Assembly (NCBI GenBank): GCA_011605725.1
Contig: JAAOZP010000003.1
Coordinates: 26,876 to 90,875 of the forward strand
DNA from: Nitrososphaerota archaeon
GTDB lineage: Archaea > Thermoproteota > EX4484-205 > JAAOZP01
Direction of reading: 5' to 3'
DNA length: 64,000 nt
Shown: positions 46,830 to 56,790 of the stretch, one piece after another
How the letters are laid out: each line of letters starts with the position of its first letter
Position numbering within the stretch: the first letter of the stretch is position 1
Program-made: the position numbers and the translations under genes
Notes under the pieces: generated by a model
Told to the model about the DNA's origin: nothing
The model's database searches: none
The model's input: only the letters and a program-made list of their open reading frames with translations

Positions 46830-49800
46830 GCAAGCGTAGCAGGCTCAGGATTCTCATAGATTTCGCTAGGGCCTGGCCATTATGCTTAGCCAGCGCGGCA
46901 ATAGCATACTTGACAGTAACCAGCCTGCTTCTCCATCTGGCTCCGGATATTGCTGAGCTAATCGTAAACGGCGTTCCAACAGTTAGGCTGATTCTAACCA
47001 TGGTTGCCGTCTTCCTCTTCCTCAACCTGCTTCTCACGCTAACCTGCGCTGCATCCCTCTTCATAATCAGACGCGAAAGCGTTGTGGAGAGCTTTAGGAG
47101 AAACATCAGGATGCTGGCAAAGGGGTTTTTGCTCCTCTTGCTCTCCAGCCTCGCCTGCCTAACCCTAATCTTTTTCGCGGGCTACTCTACTGTTTCCTCA
47201 ACCGGCTTCCAGGATGTGTTAAGACTCGTAGCGGTGAACTACGGAGCCGGGGTTATGGCGGCAATCCTCTTAGCGCTTGCGATCACCAGGATGGTGACAA
47301 TGCTAGCCGGGGTAAGGTTCCAGATAGGCTTAGGAAGGTTCCTCTCCGTAACCGCCATGGTCTTCCTCATGCTGACTGTTCTCTCAGCATACGGTTTCAC
47401 GGGCCTGTTCACCTGTTTCATGCTAATCCCAACGATAGTAAGTCTCGTCTCTCGAGTCGATAAGGAGATGACGAGGGCCGGGGAAACATGGTTCTCCTGG
47501 CTCAAGGGTAGAAGCTTGAAGAGGATTATGGTTGCTATCACCCTCACTGTTCTCGTCTTAAGCGCTGAGGCTCCTTTCAGCAGCGTTCTGCTCAGCCTTG
47601 GTGAGGAGGCGAGGTTCAGCGAGGACAGGCTTAGAAGCCTTGTCTCCACAGCTATTGCCGAGGGATGGAGCAGTGAAGAGCTTGCTTCAGAGATAAGGAG
47701 AAACCCTGAGCTGAGCATGCTTTCAACCTACGACCTCAGCAGCATAACTATTGAGAGGGATGACGCTGGAAACGTTGTTGTGACGATACCTCTCAACGCT
47801 GCCGGCTACGCGATATATAGGAGGACAAGCAATAAGACCACTGTTTACGATGTTTACTCTCAAGGCGGCTCGAACGATGTGGAAATCGGGGATAAAAGAT
47901 ACGTTTTAACAGGCTACAGGAGCAGGGAGGAAACCTACGGCCCGTTTGAAAGCCTCGAGGAAGCCTTGGCCAAGGAGAATGAGGTTAAGAAGAATGCTAA
48001 CGCCACGAGGATTAATTCCAACACTGTCCTAAAGACTGAGACAAAGGAAGTTACTAGGGTTGAGACGAAATACGCCATAGTCCCAACAGTCAGGGTAGTG
48101 AAGTATATTGTGAAGGCGGAGTTTGAAAACTACTGGGATGCTGAGAACTATCTCTACTGCTACCCAGGAATGCTTGGAGTAGCTGAGATTAGGGAGGTTA
48201 AGAAACAGGTCTGGGTATACTCGTATGAGCTTGAGTTCGTAAAGGAGACAACTAATCGCTACGAGGCTGTGATGATGAGCAGAGACGGCTACGTCACAGA
48301 GGAGGTTAGAGAAAAAATAACTGTCTACATCTTCGACAAGACAGCCCCAGTATCAAGACTATGCATCCTTGGAACGGTTGAGATTAAGAAGGCTGACTTC
48401 GAGAAGATGCTTCAAACAGGAGAGCTTGTGAAAAGCATCGATGAAAATGGGGAGGAATACTATTATTACTCCTCGCAGGGACCGTACTCAGCCAGGCTCT
48501 ATAAAACGGGAGAGAAGCAAGCGGATGACGACGTCGCAGCGTGGAGAATATACCTTAGAATCGACACCTCTCACTATGAAACCAGGAAGACATACCAGGT
48601 TGTCATCCCATCCGGCTACGAGGAGAAGAAGATTAGTATAGCTGATTTACCGGTTTACGCGAGAGGCTTTCCGTCGAGAAGCGACGCTGAGAACTCTAAG
48701 CAGGCTGTTGAGCAAAGCCTCAGGAACTGGGTTAACAGCCAAGGCATGGTCTACAAGTCCTCCGGGGTAGAATCATACGAGGAGAATATAACTAGGTTTG
48801 AAACAGTCGCCAGGGAGGTTAAACAGTACTACGTTGCCGCAACACTCTTGAAGCCTGTTTACGATGTTTACGAGCTTAGGCCATACTATAAGGCTTGGAA
48901 CGAAACGTATTACGAGGAGAAATGGGGCTGGGTCTTCAAGGGCTACGTCGACGAGAAGCCTGAAACATACGACATGTCAACATGGATTTATTCACCCGAG
49001 GTTGTCAACTGGACTTCTAAAACATACTTAGGCATAGTGACTGAGCTGGAGGCTCAGCTCTTAACCAGCATGGATCCACGCTACGTTGCTGAGAAGCATA
49101 ATACGACGACTATGGTAAAGGAAACATCCTACTACGATGTTTACAACGCGACATGGAAACTCCTCTATCACTACTACAAGTATGTAACCCAACCGTTCCA
49201 CGAGTATGTTTCCAACGGGAATGTTTCATCCAGCGGGGGCTGGAGCTTCGAAAGCCTCGGCGACGCTAGCGGGGAAATGTGTTCCTCAACATACAGGAGC
49301 AGCCCGAGCAGCCTCAGAATAGCAACTAGAAATGGAAGGGGAGCTTGGAGGCAAACCTTCTATTTTGACGCGGGAGGCTCAAGCCCAGTCTTAGACTTCT
49401 GGTATATTCTGAGGGGAAGCGGGGCAGTAGCGATAAAGAAGCCCGACGGCTCCGCATGCTTATTCGCCTTAAGCGGGAGCAGTAGTTGGAGCAGGTTTCT
49501 AAGGAACTCCGGCGACGTTTTCAGCCAAGCAGGCTATTACACTATCTCTTTCGTAGCGTCTGAGAACAGCGAGCTCTATGTCGACGATGTCAGTGTCCAC
49601 GTAGGCGGCTACGGCGAGTGGGTTTACCAGGGTGATGTTGAGAATAAGCCTGATAATGTTCTTCCAAACGAGAAGTATGAGGCTTTCTACAGGATTGAGA
49701 ACAAGAAATTCATAGGTACCTTCGAGGAGAATGTTGCAAACCAGTATCCTACCCCGCCCTACATAAAGGAGTTTAACAGAAAAGAGAGGGTAAGCTACGT

Positions 49801-52800
49801 CGTAGACCTCTACAAGCTGTACTATCTTGAAGGAGGCTTCGTAAGGTACAGGGTTTTCCACTGGGAGAAATACCAAGCGCCGATTATCGTTAGGAAGGAG
49901 GAGTCCGGGGAGAAGTGGGAGCTTGCTGAAAGCAACGTTGAGACTGATACTGGTGGGCGAATCCTGGTTGAAGCTAACGTTCCGGAGAGCATCGTCAGAG
50001 AGAAGTATAATGATCCGACAAAATACTACCTTGCTCCTAAGATTGTTGAGGATGGTGAGGCTCTTGAAATAGTCTGCGAAACACTCGACGAGAGCCTTGC
50101 GAAGAAGTATGAGAGAGAAGGATACGTTGTTAAAAGCGTAAGCGTTTCCCAAGGAAGCCCGATAAGGTTCAGCATAAGGGTCCTCCAAGCCTCGATTGAG
50201 AGGAACGAGCTCAACATGCTGGGGAAACAGAACCTTCTGAGGGTCGCTATAGCGAACCCGACTGGAGACACGTTGACATACCAGGTTATTATTGAGGCTG
50301 GGAACCAGGAGAAGATTGAAGAGACAAGCCAGGCTTTCTACTCGCCTGAAGCCGTTAAAAGGATAGTCTCTATCCCTGTTGCTGAGCCTAATAACTGGCT
50401 TCTAGCAACCCCGCCTGGCGGAGCCTCATACCAGCTGGCTTTCACAACATGGGTGGAGAGGACTGTTGAAGGAGAATACGGGAGCTATGTTGAGAACACT
50501 GCGTACTGGCCCGACGGAATCCTCGATTGCAGCTTCACCGTCAAGGTGCTTAGAAACGGGAGGCTCATTGCGAAGCAAAAGCTGCTTGAAACCTTCGAGA
50601 GCTTCAACGTTGGAAAGACTATCGCCAGGTACCCGTTTGAATTCGCAGAGGGCTTCCTTGCAGCTATGGGCATCAGTGTTCTCACGATGCTCATCCCGGA
50701 AATAGGCCTCCCCCTCTTCATCACGGGGATGACTGCGAGCAGCCTGGTTAGCGGCTTCGTCGCGTTGAAAACCGGGGACCCAACATACTTCTTCACATAC
50801 GGCCCAACAGGCATAGTTGTGCTCCCCGTAAGGGCTTTAGTAGACCCGACTCTGGACGATGAGGCCAGGTGCAGAACAATAGGTGCCCTCGTCGGAGCGC
50901 TCGGCACCGCTCTAGCCAAGGAGATCAGCAACCAGCTCTACATCAAGTATGCTCCCGAAGAGTATCAGCTTCTGCTCAGAGACATTGAAAGCCAGTACGG
51001 CACCATCACGGCAGCAAGGGTTGCGAAGGGCCTCATTCAGCTCTACTACTACTGCTCCGAATCTAGCCCCATGACGGCTCTGAAGGAGGCTCTTGCCCTG
51101 AGCTACGAGAAGGGAAGCATCAGAGAAATCTCACTCCTCCTCGACAGGATTTCCAGCCTGAGCCCAGATTTCCTGAGCAGGCATGCCGACGAGCTCGCCA
51201 TGAACCTAGCCCTCCCAGACCCGAGCAATAAGCTTGCCCTGCTTCTCAGCCTAAGCCAGGGCGAGATAGACTCGTTGGCCGAGACTTACCGCGACGACCT
51301 TGAGGCGATGATGAGCGGAGCATTCTTGAAGAAGCTTGGGGCAGAGGGCTCCATCATCCTTCGCACCCTCACGGGCGACAGGCTTGAAATAATGGTTGAG
51401 AAAAGCATCGGAGACAAGCTCTTCAAAGACATCAAAGAAGGGCAGTACGCCTGGTTCCGCCTCGTCGGCGAGAATGGCGAGGTCAGCGTTAGCCTACCGT
51501 TTAAGGAGATTGTGCTCAACCACGGAGACTTGAGGCACTACTACCTCTTCTCCCTTATCGACGACCGTCTAGGTGAGACGATGGGGAGGCTCCTCGGGGA
51601 GGTTAAGGTGGCCCTGGACTTTGCACCACCGCTGAGGGACATGGACCTCTCCTTCTACGGCCTCTCCGGGTGGAGCGATGGAAGCGTAGGCCCAGGCGGA
51701 ATAAAGATCGGCGGCAGAACATATTATTCTCAAGGCTTAACGCAGGAGCTCGTCTGGAGCAGCGACATCGGCTACAGCGGCGTTGAGCTTAATAAAATGG
51801 TTCTTAGCGCAAGCATCGGGGGGCAGAGGGTTCTCTTCGTCGAAGGCACGGCTCCCCTCGCAGCGTACGGGGGAAGCTATCTCCCAGCAGTAATCCTGGA
51901 GGAGAAGTCTTGGCTCAGAGTCGGCGAATTAGCATTGCCAAGCGGGGACAGCCTGCTCCTTTCAGAGACCAGCATGGCCAGGACAGGGGTTCAGGAGGGC
52001 CTCGTGGAAATCATCTATCCGAACAAGGAGGCCTACTTAGGGATCTACACGGGCGGAAGCCTACAGGCACCATTATTCTCATACTCATCGGGCGCGTTCG
52101 TAGGAATAAAAGCGGTTGAAACGAGAATAGTCTGGACAAGCATAGGTCGGAGAGAGTTCTACACTCAGGTGGCGAGCGTAAGCGAGCTCCTCGGAAGCAT
52201 GTTTGGAGTAGGCTTCAAGCAGGAGCTTGTCGAAACAGTTCTGCTCAACGGCTTAACCGACACCCAGGCTCTAGACGTTGTCAACACTCTTGCGAAGAAC
52301 GTTGAGTGGCTCAAGACGTTAAGCAGTAAAGGTAGGACGGAGCTGGTAAGGAGGATTACAGACTACGTGGCGAAAGGGGAGACGGCGGAGGAAGCGATAG
52401 AGAGGGCTAAGAAGGAAAGCGAGGAATACGTAAAGAGCCTTGAGCTCGAGACAATTTTGTTCTACAACTCGATATCAGACACCGGGCTCGCGAACGAAGT
52501 GCTGAGCCTTATAAGACACATTCAGGAGAGGCTTGGACCAGAAGCCGCCAGATGGCTCCTGACAGTTCTGCAGAGAGTCTACGCCGAGGCCCTTAAATCA
52601 ACCATGGGGAGCAGGGATTATGCCAATTCTAGGCTTAGAAGCGTCGTAGAAAACGCTTTCAGATATCCTGAAAGCGTGACGCAGGGCTGCGCACTCTCCT
52701 CCGCAGTAGTCGTTGAGCTGAAGACTATGGAAGACCAGGAAGCATGGGAGACGCTCAGCAGGCTGGTCGACTACCCGGAGGGTACTGTTCTCATCGCCAC

Positions 52801-53890
52801 CATTGAGGAGGGTAATAAGCCTGAGAATCGATACCTGTTCTTTGCAACTAAACCTCTGAGGGCTGCACTCGGCGATAAGGAAGGCTTTTTCATCATTAAG
52901 GTAAAAGAACGGATTATCATCAGAAAATATAGTCCAACGCGTCAGCGCTATCAGTACTTAGTTCCCAGTTGGGTTGGCGAGCCCGGACAGAAAATAGAGG
53001 TTGAGGTTAAAAATATATCGGATTGGGAAATACTAGAAATCGCGAGGCAAACCCTTCCTTTCGAGTTAATCCTCACGGAAGACGGATGGTTTATGAGATT
53101 CTCTGGCATTGAGTTCCCAGTTTCTGTAGAGAAGTTCGAGTGGGATGAGCGCCACAATGCACCGGTCCTCAACGTCAGGTTTAATGCAATGGATTTGAGG
53201 GACGGAATAATAAAGGAGCATACCGTAAGGATTGCGTGTAGGGGTTATGAAACCTACTTGGTCCTCCAATTCAGGGACACGAAGGGCACGGTCAACTATA
53301 TGAGAGCAGGTTCCCTCACAGGGGAAATCGTGATAAATTACATTGACTCCAGATCAAAATCCTTTGACCACAAGATAATACCTGAAAGCATCTGGAAATC
53401 AGAGTACAAACTCCCCACTGAGATAGGCCCTCTAGAGAAGGAATGGACTCTTAGCAACGAGGAGTACGAAAAAATAGAGGAGGGTAATGAGGAAGCTTAT
53501 GGAAACAATGCAAGAAACAGGGTAGCAGAAAAAATATTAAAGGCAGGTGCGGTCTTCGGGAGGAAAGTAAAAGATTTTCGACTAGAAGCACAAATTGCTG
53601 GTAGGGGGGAGAGCGTAGACTTAGTACTTATAACTGATGATGATAAGCTTATAGTAATCGAAGTAAAATCGACAATTCGAGATGACAAGATATGGGAGCA
53701 ATATCTCGCAGCTATAAAGTCTCTGAAGGTAGATCCAGGGTATATGAGGCTAATTAGGGAGTATGGCCTTGATATGAAGGGGATAGACATCAGAAAGGAC
53801 GTAGATCTTTATGTAGCATGTGCAGTGTACCTTGATAAAATTAACAAGGTAGGAAGGATCGTGGAATTCGAGGTAATACCAGAGGATTGA
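46826..53890 (+). CDS. Giant (2354 aa) multi-pass membrane-anchored protein with C-terminal PD-(D/E)XK nuclease domain; candidate polymorphic toxin
   Basis: Several N-terminal TM helices; long Tyr/Glu/Val-rich region; internal hydrophobic segment (GFLAAMGISVLTMLIPEIGLPLFITGM); C-terminal E...ESVDLVLITDDDKLIVIEVKS. Confidence 0.75.
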   Translation: MSKRSRLRILIDFARAWPLCLASAAIAYLTVTSLLLHLAPDIAELIVNGVPTVRLILTMVAVFLFLNLLLTLTCAASLFIIRRESVVESFRRNIRMLAKGFLLLLLSSLACLTLIFFAGYSTVSSTGFQDVLRLVAVNYGAGVMAAILLALAITRMVTMLAGVRFQIGLGRFLSVTAMVFLMLTVLSAYGFTGLFTCFMLIPTIVSLVSRVDKEMTRAGETWFSWLKGRSLKRIMVAITLTVLVLSAEAPFSSVLLSLGEEARFSEDRLRSLVSTAIAEGWSSEELASEIRRNPELSMLSTYDLSSITIERDDAGNVVVTIPLNAAGYAIYRRTSNKTTVYDVYSQGGSNDVEIGDKRYVLTGYRSREETYGPFESLEEALAKENEVKKNANATRINSNTVLKTETKEVTRVETKYAIVPTVRVVKYIVKAEFENYWDAENYLYCYPGMLGVAEIREVKKQVWVYSYELEFVKETTNRYEAVMMSRDGYVTEEVREKITVYIFDKTAPVSRLCILGTVEIKKADFEKMLQTGELVKSIDENGEEYYYYSSQGPYSARLYKTGEKQADDDVAAWRIYLRIDTSHYETRKTYQVVIPSGYEEKKISIADLPVYARGFPSRSDAENSKQAVEQSLRNWVNSQGMVYKSSGVESYEENITRFETVAREVKQYYVAATLLKPVYDVYELRPYYKAWNETYYEEKWGWVFKGYVDEKPETYDMSTWIYSPEVVNWTSKTYLGIVTELEAQLLTSMDPRYVAEKHNTTTMVKETSYYDVYNATWKLLYHYYKYVTQPFHEYVSNGNVSSSGGWSFESLGDASGEMCSSTYRSSPSSLRIATRNGRGAWRQTFYFDAGGSSPVLDFWYILRGSGAVAIKKPDGSACLFALSGSSSWSRFLRNSGDVFSQAGYYTISFVASENSELYVDDVSVHVGGYGEWVYQGDVENKPDNVLPNEKYEAFYRIENKKFIGTFEENVANQYPTPPYIKEFNRKERVSYVVDLYKLYYLEGGFVRYRVFHWEKYQAPIIVRKEESGEKWELAESNVETDTGGRILVEANVPESIVREKYNDPTKYYLAPKIVEDGEALEIVCETLDESLAKKYEREGYVVKSVSVSQGSPIRFSIRVLQASIERNELNMLGKQNLLRVAIANPTGDTLTYQVIIEAGNQEKIEETSQAFYSPEAVKRIVSIPVAEPNNWLLATPPGGASYQLAFTTWVERTVEGEYGSYVENTAYWPDGILDCSFTVKVLRNGRLIAKQKLLETFESFNVGKTIARYPFEFAEGFLAAMGISVLTMLIPEIGLPLFITGMTASSLVSGFVALKTGDPTYFFTYGPTGIVVLPVRALVDPTLDDEARCRTIGALVGALGTALAKEISNQLYIKYAPEEYQLLLRDIESQYGTITAARVAKGLIQLYYYCSESSPMTALKEALALSYEKGSIREISLLLDRISSLSPDFLSRHADELAMNLALPDPSNKLALLLSLSQGEIDSLAETYRDDLEAMMSGAFLKKLGAEGSIILRTLTGDRLEIMVEKSIGDKLFKDIKEGQYAWFRLVGENGEVSVSLPFKEIVLNHGDLRHYYLFSLIDDRLGETMGRLLGEVKVALDFAPPLRDMDLSFYGLSGWSDGSVGPGGIKIGGRTYYSQGLTQELVWSSDIGYSGVELNKMVLSASIGGQRVLFVEGTAPLAAYGGSYLPAVILEEKSWLRVGELALPSGDSLLLSETSMARTGVQEGLVEIIYPNKEAYLGIYTGGSLQAPLFSYSSGAFVGIKAVETRIVWTSIGRREFYTQVASVSELLGSMFGVGFKQELVETVLLNGLTDTQALDVVNTLAKNVEWLKTLSSKGRTELVRRITDYVAKGETAEEAIERAKKESEEYVKSLELETILFYNSISDTGLANEVLSLIRHIQERLGPEAARWLLTVLQRVYAEALKSTMGSRDYANSRLRSVVENAFRYPESVTQGCALSSAVVVELKTMEDQEAWETLSRLVDYPEGTVLIATIEEGNKPENRYLFFATKPLRAALGDKEGFFIIKVKERIIIRKYSPTRQRYQYLVPSWVGEPGQKIEVEVKNISDWEILEIARQTLPFELILTEDGWFMRFSGIEFPVSVEKFEWDERHNAPVLNVRFNAMDLRDGIIKEHTVRIACRGYETYLVLQFRDTKGTVNYMRAGSLTGEIVINYIDSRSKSFDHKIIPESIWKSEYKLPTEIGPLEKEWTLSNEEYEKIEEGNEEAYGNNARNRVAEKILKAGAVFGRKVKDFRLEAQIAGRGESVDLVLITDDDKLIVIEVKSTIRDDKIWEQYLAAIKSLKVDPGYMRLIREYGLDMKGIDIRKDVDLYVACAVYLDKINKVGRIVEFEVIPED

Positions 53891-54011
53891 GGAGCGAAAG
53901 GAATACTTGGTTATCCATTATGAATGAAACCTCGCTTATAGTGGAGTATTTCCACGCAAGAAATACCGCAACAAGATAAGAGACAGGGTCTGCGTGCTAA
54001 AAAGCCCAAAG

Positions 54012-54023
54012 AAGCGCGCGCTA
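54012..54023. repeat. Boundary palindrome AAGCGCGCGCTA
   Basis: Between the giant gene and the 473-aa gene. Confidence 0.85.
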
Positions 54024-54062
54024 TATATCGGGTCAACGAAGGCTATGGAAATGAGGTCATTG

Positions 54063-55484
54063 TCAGAATTCTTGGAAGATTTTACTAACTTGCTCATAAG
54101 TTTCCAAGCATTGTAGAATCCATTGAGGGCATTCTTTTATGATTCTGTAATCTTTAGGTCTGTGAAATTTCAATCTCAGCGAAAAGTCGATCGTTGCTAT
54201 GGTATGTACGTATTTATTGCAAGTATATTTTTCAGGGTTAATGGTCCAAACTGATAACGGCGAGTCAGCGTGGTCTATTGGATAGAGTACTACTTCTCCG
54301 AACTTCTCTCTGCTTTCCTCAAGAAACCTTATTAGCTCCTCCATCTTGCGAGCGAGGAGAGGACTGATGGTCTCTATTTCCCTCAGCCTCTTCCTATCGG
54401 TGAGGTATTCCAAAGGATTTGCATTCAACTCTTTCATCCTTTTCAAAAGCTCATAGCTAGCTTCAGACGCGCCTGGAACCTCTTCTAAAGATTGGCTTTT
54501 TTCACCGCCTTTGTCTATTATAATGATTTCCTCCATAAAGCAACCCAGACCAGTAGGTGGGCTATAGACATAAACTGGTTTTTCAGGAGAGGCTTCGTCA
54601 AACTCTACTTGAAGCCAGGGAACAAGTGGATTCCAGATTAAGCCTGGACTCAATTCATACGGCGCTTTCCTCCGGGATTCGAGGAAACCCGGGTCTATAA
54701 AGACTTCTGCACCCCTCTTACCAGGCCTGACGTTGACTGTCCAAAGAGGAAGATTGAAAGCATTTTCAATAACATCTCTAACGGCAAAAATCTCGTCACT
54801 CATACCGAGCTCTTCACATAAACGATCTCTTGTTTCAAGCCATTTCATCCAAACCTGCTTCACCGCCTTCACCATCCTCATTATTTCATTAGCAGTCTCC
54901 TCGGCTGAATAAGGTAGGTCGCATGAAGCGACAAAAAACATGGGTAAAACCGTATCATCAATCCCTAAAATATCCTTGACTAAAGCGAGATCAACTCTAG
55001 TTTCGTCAGCCACTTTTTCAGCCAAATCTGCCGCAGCCTTTAGAAATCGTATTGAGGGCTCTCCCTCTTTCTCTAATTTTTCTGTCCAAAGCCTAAAAGA
55101 GGGGCTGGTTGATGGGAAAGAATGATAGTCGTATGTTTCATCTCTCTTTTTCCAGAGCATGTGAGATATACCCCTATGCCTCCTGTAGAGGATCAGTTCT
55201 GATTCTACGTACATCGTACCAACTTTTCCATCTTCTCTCCTATCCATGTTGAAAGATATGCTCTCGATGAATCTTGAAACATCGTCTTCATACCACACTT
55301 TTTTTAATTTCGGAATAGGTTTCTCCTCCGATTTGAGAATAGCGGCTACTCTATCCCTATATAGGGAGTCTCTTTCGTTTGGGGCAAGTTTCGGTCTAAT
55401 CGCATAATCTTTATACTCAAATTCCATTTTGAGAACATGCTTAAGTTCTTCACCCAATCTCTGCAACACCTCTGATTCCCTCAT
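54063..55484 (-). CDS. Hypothetical soluble protein (473 aa), candidate immunity protein
   Basis: Long ORF with AGGAGG upstream; the function guess is positional only. Confidence 0.5.
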   Translation of the reverse strand: MRESEVLQRLGEELKHVLKMEFEYKDYAIRPKLAPNERDSLYRDRVAAILKSEEKPIPKLKKVWYEDDVSRFIESISFNMDRREDGKVGTMYVESELILYRRHRGISHMLWKKRDETYDYHSFPSTSPSFRLWTEKLEKEGEPSIRFLKAAADLAEKVADETRVDLALVKDILGIDDTVLPMFFVASCDLPYSAEETANEIMRMVKAVKQVWMKWLETRDRLCEELGMSDEIFAVRDVIENAFNLPLWTVNVRPGKRGAEVFIDPGFLESRRKAPYELSPGLIWNPLVPWLQVEFDEASPEKPVYVYSPPTGLGCFMEEIIIIDKGGEKSQSLEEVPGASEASYELLKRMKELNANPLEYLTDRKRLREIETISPLLARKMEELIRFLEESREKFGEVVLYPIDHADSPLSVWTINPEKYTCNKYVHTIATIDFSLRLKFHRPKDYRIIKECPQWILQCLETYEQVSKIFQEF

Positions 55485-55619
55485 CCCTTAGGAGCCTCCT
55501 TAAGTTCATGAACACCCGCCCTATTTATCCCTATCCAGATACGTCGCACAAGCTATATAAAGCGCGTGGCGCTACGTAGCGCTTATAAGCCGCCTTACAC
55601 GTGAAGTCGGATAGTACAG

Positions 55620-56261
55620 TTGGGCAGTTCAACTGCCGGTGGGCAAATCCTTGCGGCCGTGGTTGAGAAGGGCCATAAGCCGGAGTACAGGCAGCTCTAC
55701 TTTAAGACTAGCGAGATAAGGAGCATGCTGGGGGATAAGGAGTGTTTCTTCGAAATCAGGGTGAGGGGTAAAGCCATCGTGAAGAAGTATAATCCTGAGC
55801 GTCAACGCCACCAGTACATGGTTCCGAGCTGGGTTGGAGAGCCGGGGAGGGAGGTTGAGGTCGAGTTGAAAAGGCTTAGCGATGAGGAGGTTGTTAAAAG
55901 CATGCTGAACAGCCTTCCAGACTACCTTAGGCTCGAGTTGAAGCCCGATTTCAAGGGAGCGATGCATATACATGGCGTGGCTTTCCCCGTCGAAGCCTCT
56001 AAGCCAGAGTGGAACGAGAGGCACAACGCGGTCTGCATGGACATCAGGTTCAAAGCATTATCTTTAAGGGGCAGGAAGGTTAAGAGCCACCTTCTCAGAA
56101 TAGCCTTCAAAGGGTATGAGACGAGCATGGCTATAAACTTCGGAGAGACGAAGGGCACCGTCAAGGAGATCAGCGAGGAGCCCCAGGGAGTGGTGGCGAT
56201 AAGCTACGTCGACACCGAGGACAGGGTTTTCGAACACAGGATAATGCCGCTGGATGCTTAG
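55620..56261 (+). CDS. Orphan module paralogous to the pre-nuclease region of the 2354-aa protein
   Basis: YNPERQRHQYMVPSWVGEPGREVEVELK vs YSPTRQRYQYLVPSWVGEPGQKIEVEVK; EWNERHNA vs EWDERHNA; KGYET vs RGYET; TKGTV shared. Confidence 0.85.
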   Translation: MGSSTAGGQILAAVVEKGHKPEYRQLYFKTSEIRSMLGDKECFFEIRVRGKAIVKKYNPERQRHQYMVPSWVGEPGREVEVELKRLSDEEVVKSMLNSLPDYLRLELKPDFKGAMHIHGVAFPVEASKPEWNERHNAVCMDIRFKALSLRGRKVKSHLLRIAFKGYETSMAINFGETKGTVKEISEEPQGVVAISYVDTEDRVFEHRIMPLDA

Positions 56262-56325
56262 CACTAGGCTTTAATAGGAAGGCAGTCATATTTACAGTAT
56301 TCAAGGGTTGCACGAGGAGAGTCTG

Positions 56326-56487
56326 ATGGATGAGGAGCGATTTTTAAGCGAGTTAGCCGATTATATGAATAAGCGGTATGAGGTTAAGCTGAGAACAGCT
56401 TCTAAAGAGGAATTCACTTTCTACAGATACACGGGGAATCTAGCGCGCGCTAAGCCTAAAATGGAGAAGAGAACAAGGAAAGTATGA
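56326..56487 (+). pseudogene. 5' gene fragment cut by a perfect palindrome
   Basis: RBS GAGGAG then MDEERFLSELADYMNKRYEVKL...; frame enters TAGCGCGCGCTA at 56441. Confidence 0.5.
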
Positions 56488-56757
56488 ACTTACAGGTGTG
56501 GAATAAGAATAGTGCGCGCTAGCGCGCGTAACCGATGTCTAACGCTAAAACCGGCATCCCTATAGCCATATACCTTAAGGACTTTGAGACGTATAGCGGA
56601 ACATCAATGCGCGCGCTAAACAATGATTGAAGATAAAAAACATTGTGTTTACGTAATTGCTTAATGACGTGGAGACCTGCACTAAGTATTACGAAAAATA
56701 TAAGAAATATCGTGAGGAGGATAGGGTTAGGATTAGGCTGTGGTTCAAGCGCGCGCC
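56441..56757. repeat. Stack of four to five boundary palindromes with unique spacers
   Basis: TAGCGCGCGCTA 56441; TAGTGCGCGCTAGCGCGCGTA 56510-56530; TGCGCGCGCTA 56608; AAGCGCGCGCC 56747. Confidence 0.9.
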
Positions 56758-56790
56758 CAAAAACTTATATTATTGTAAGAAAAAAGGAAA

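Noticed and set aside
56441-56757. CRISPR array
   Set aside because: Repeat is only 10-14 bp, spacers are irregular, and there is no leader or cas gene
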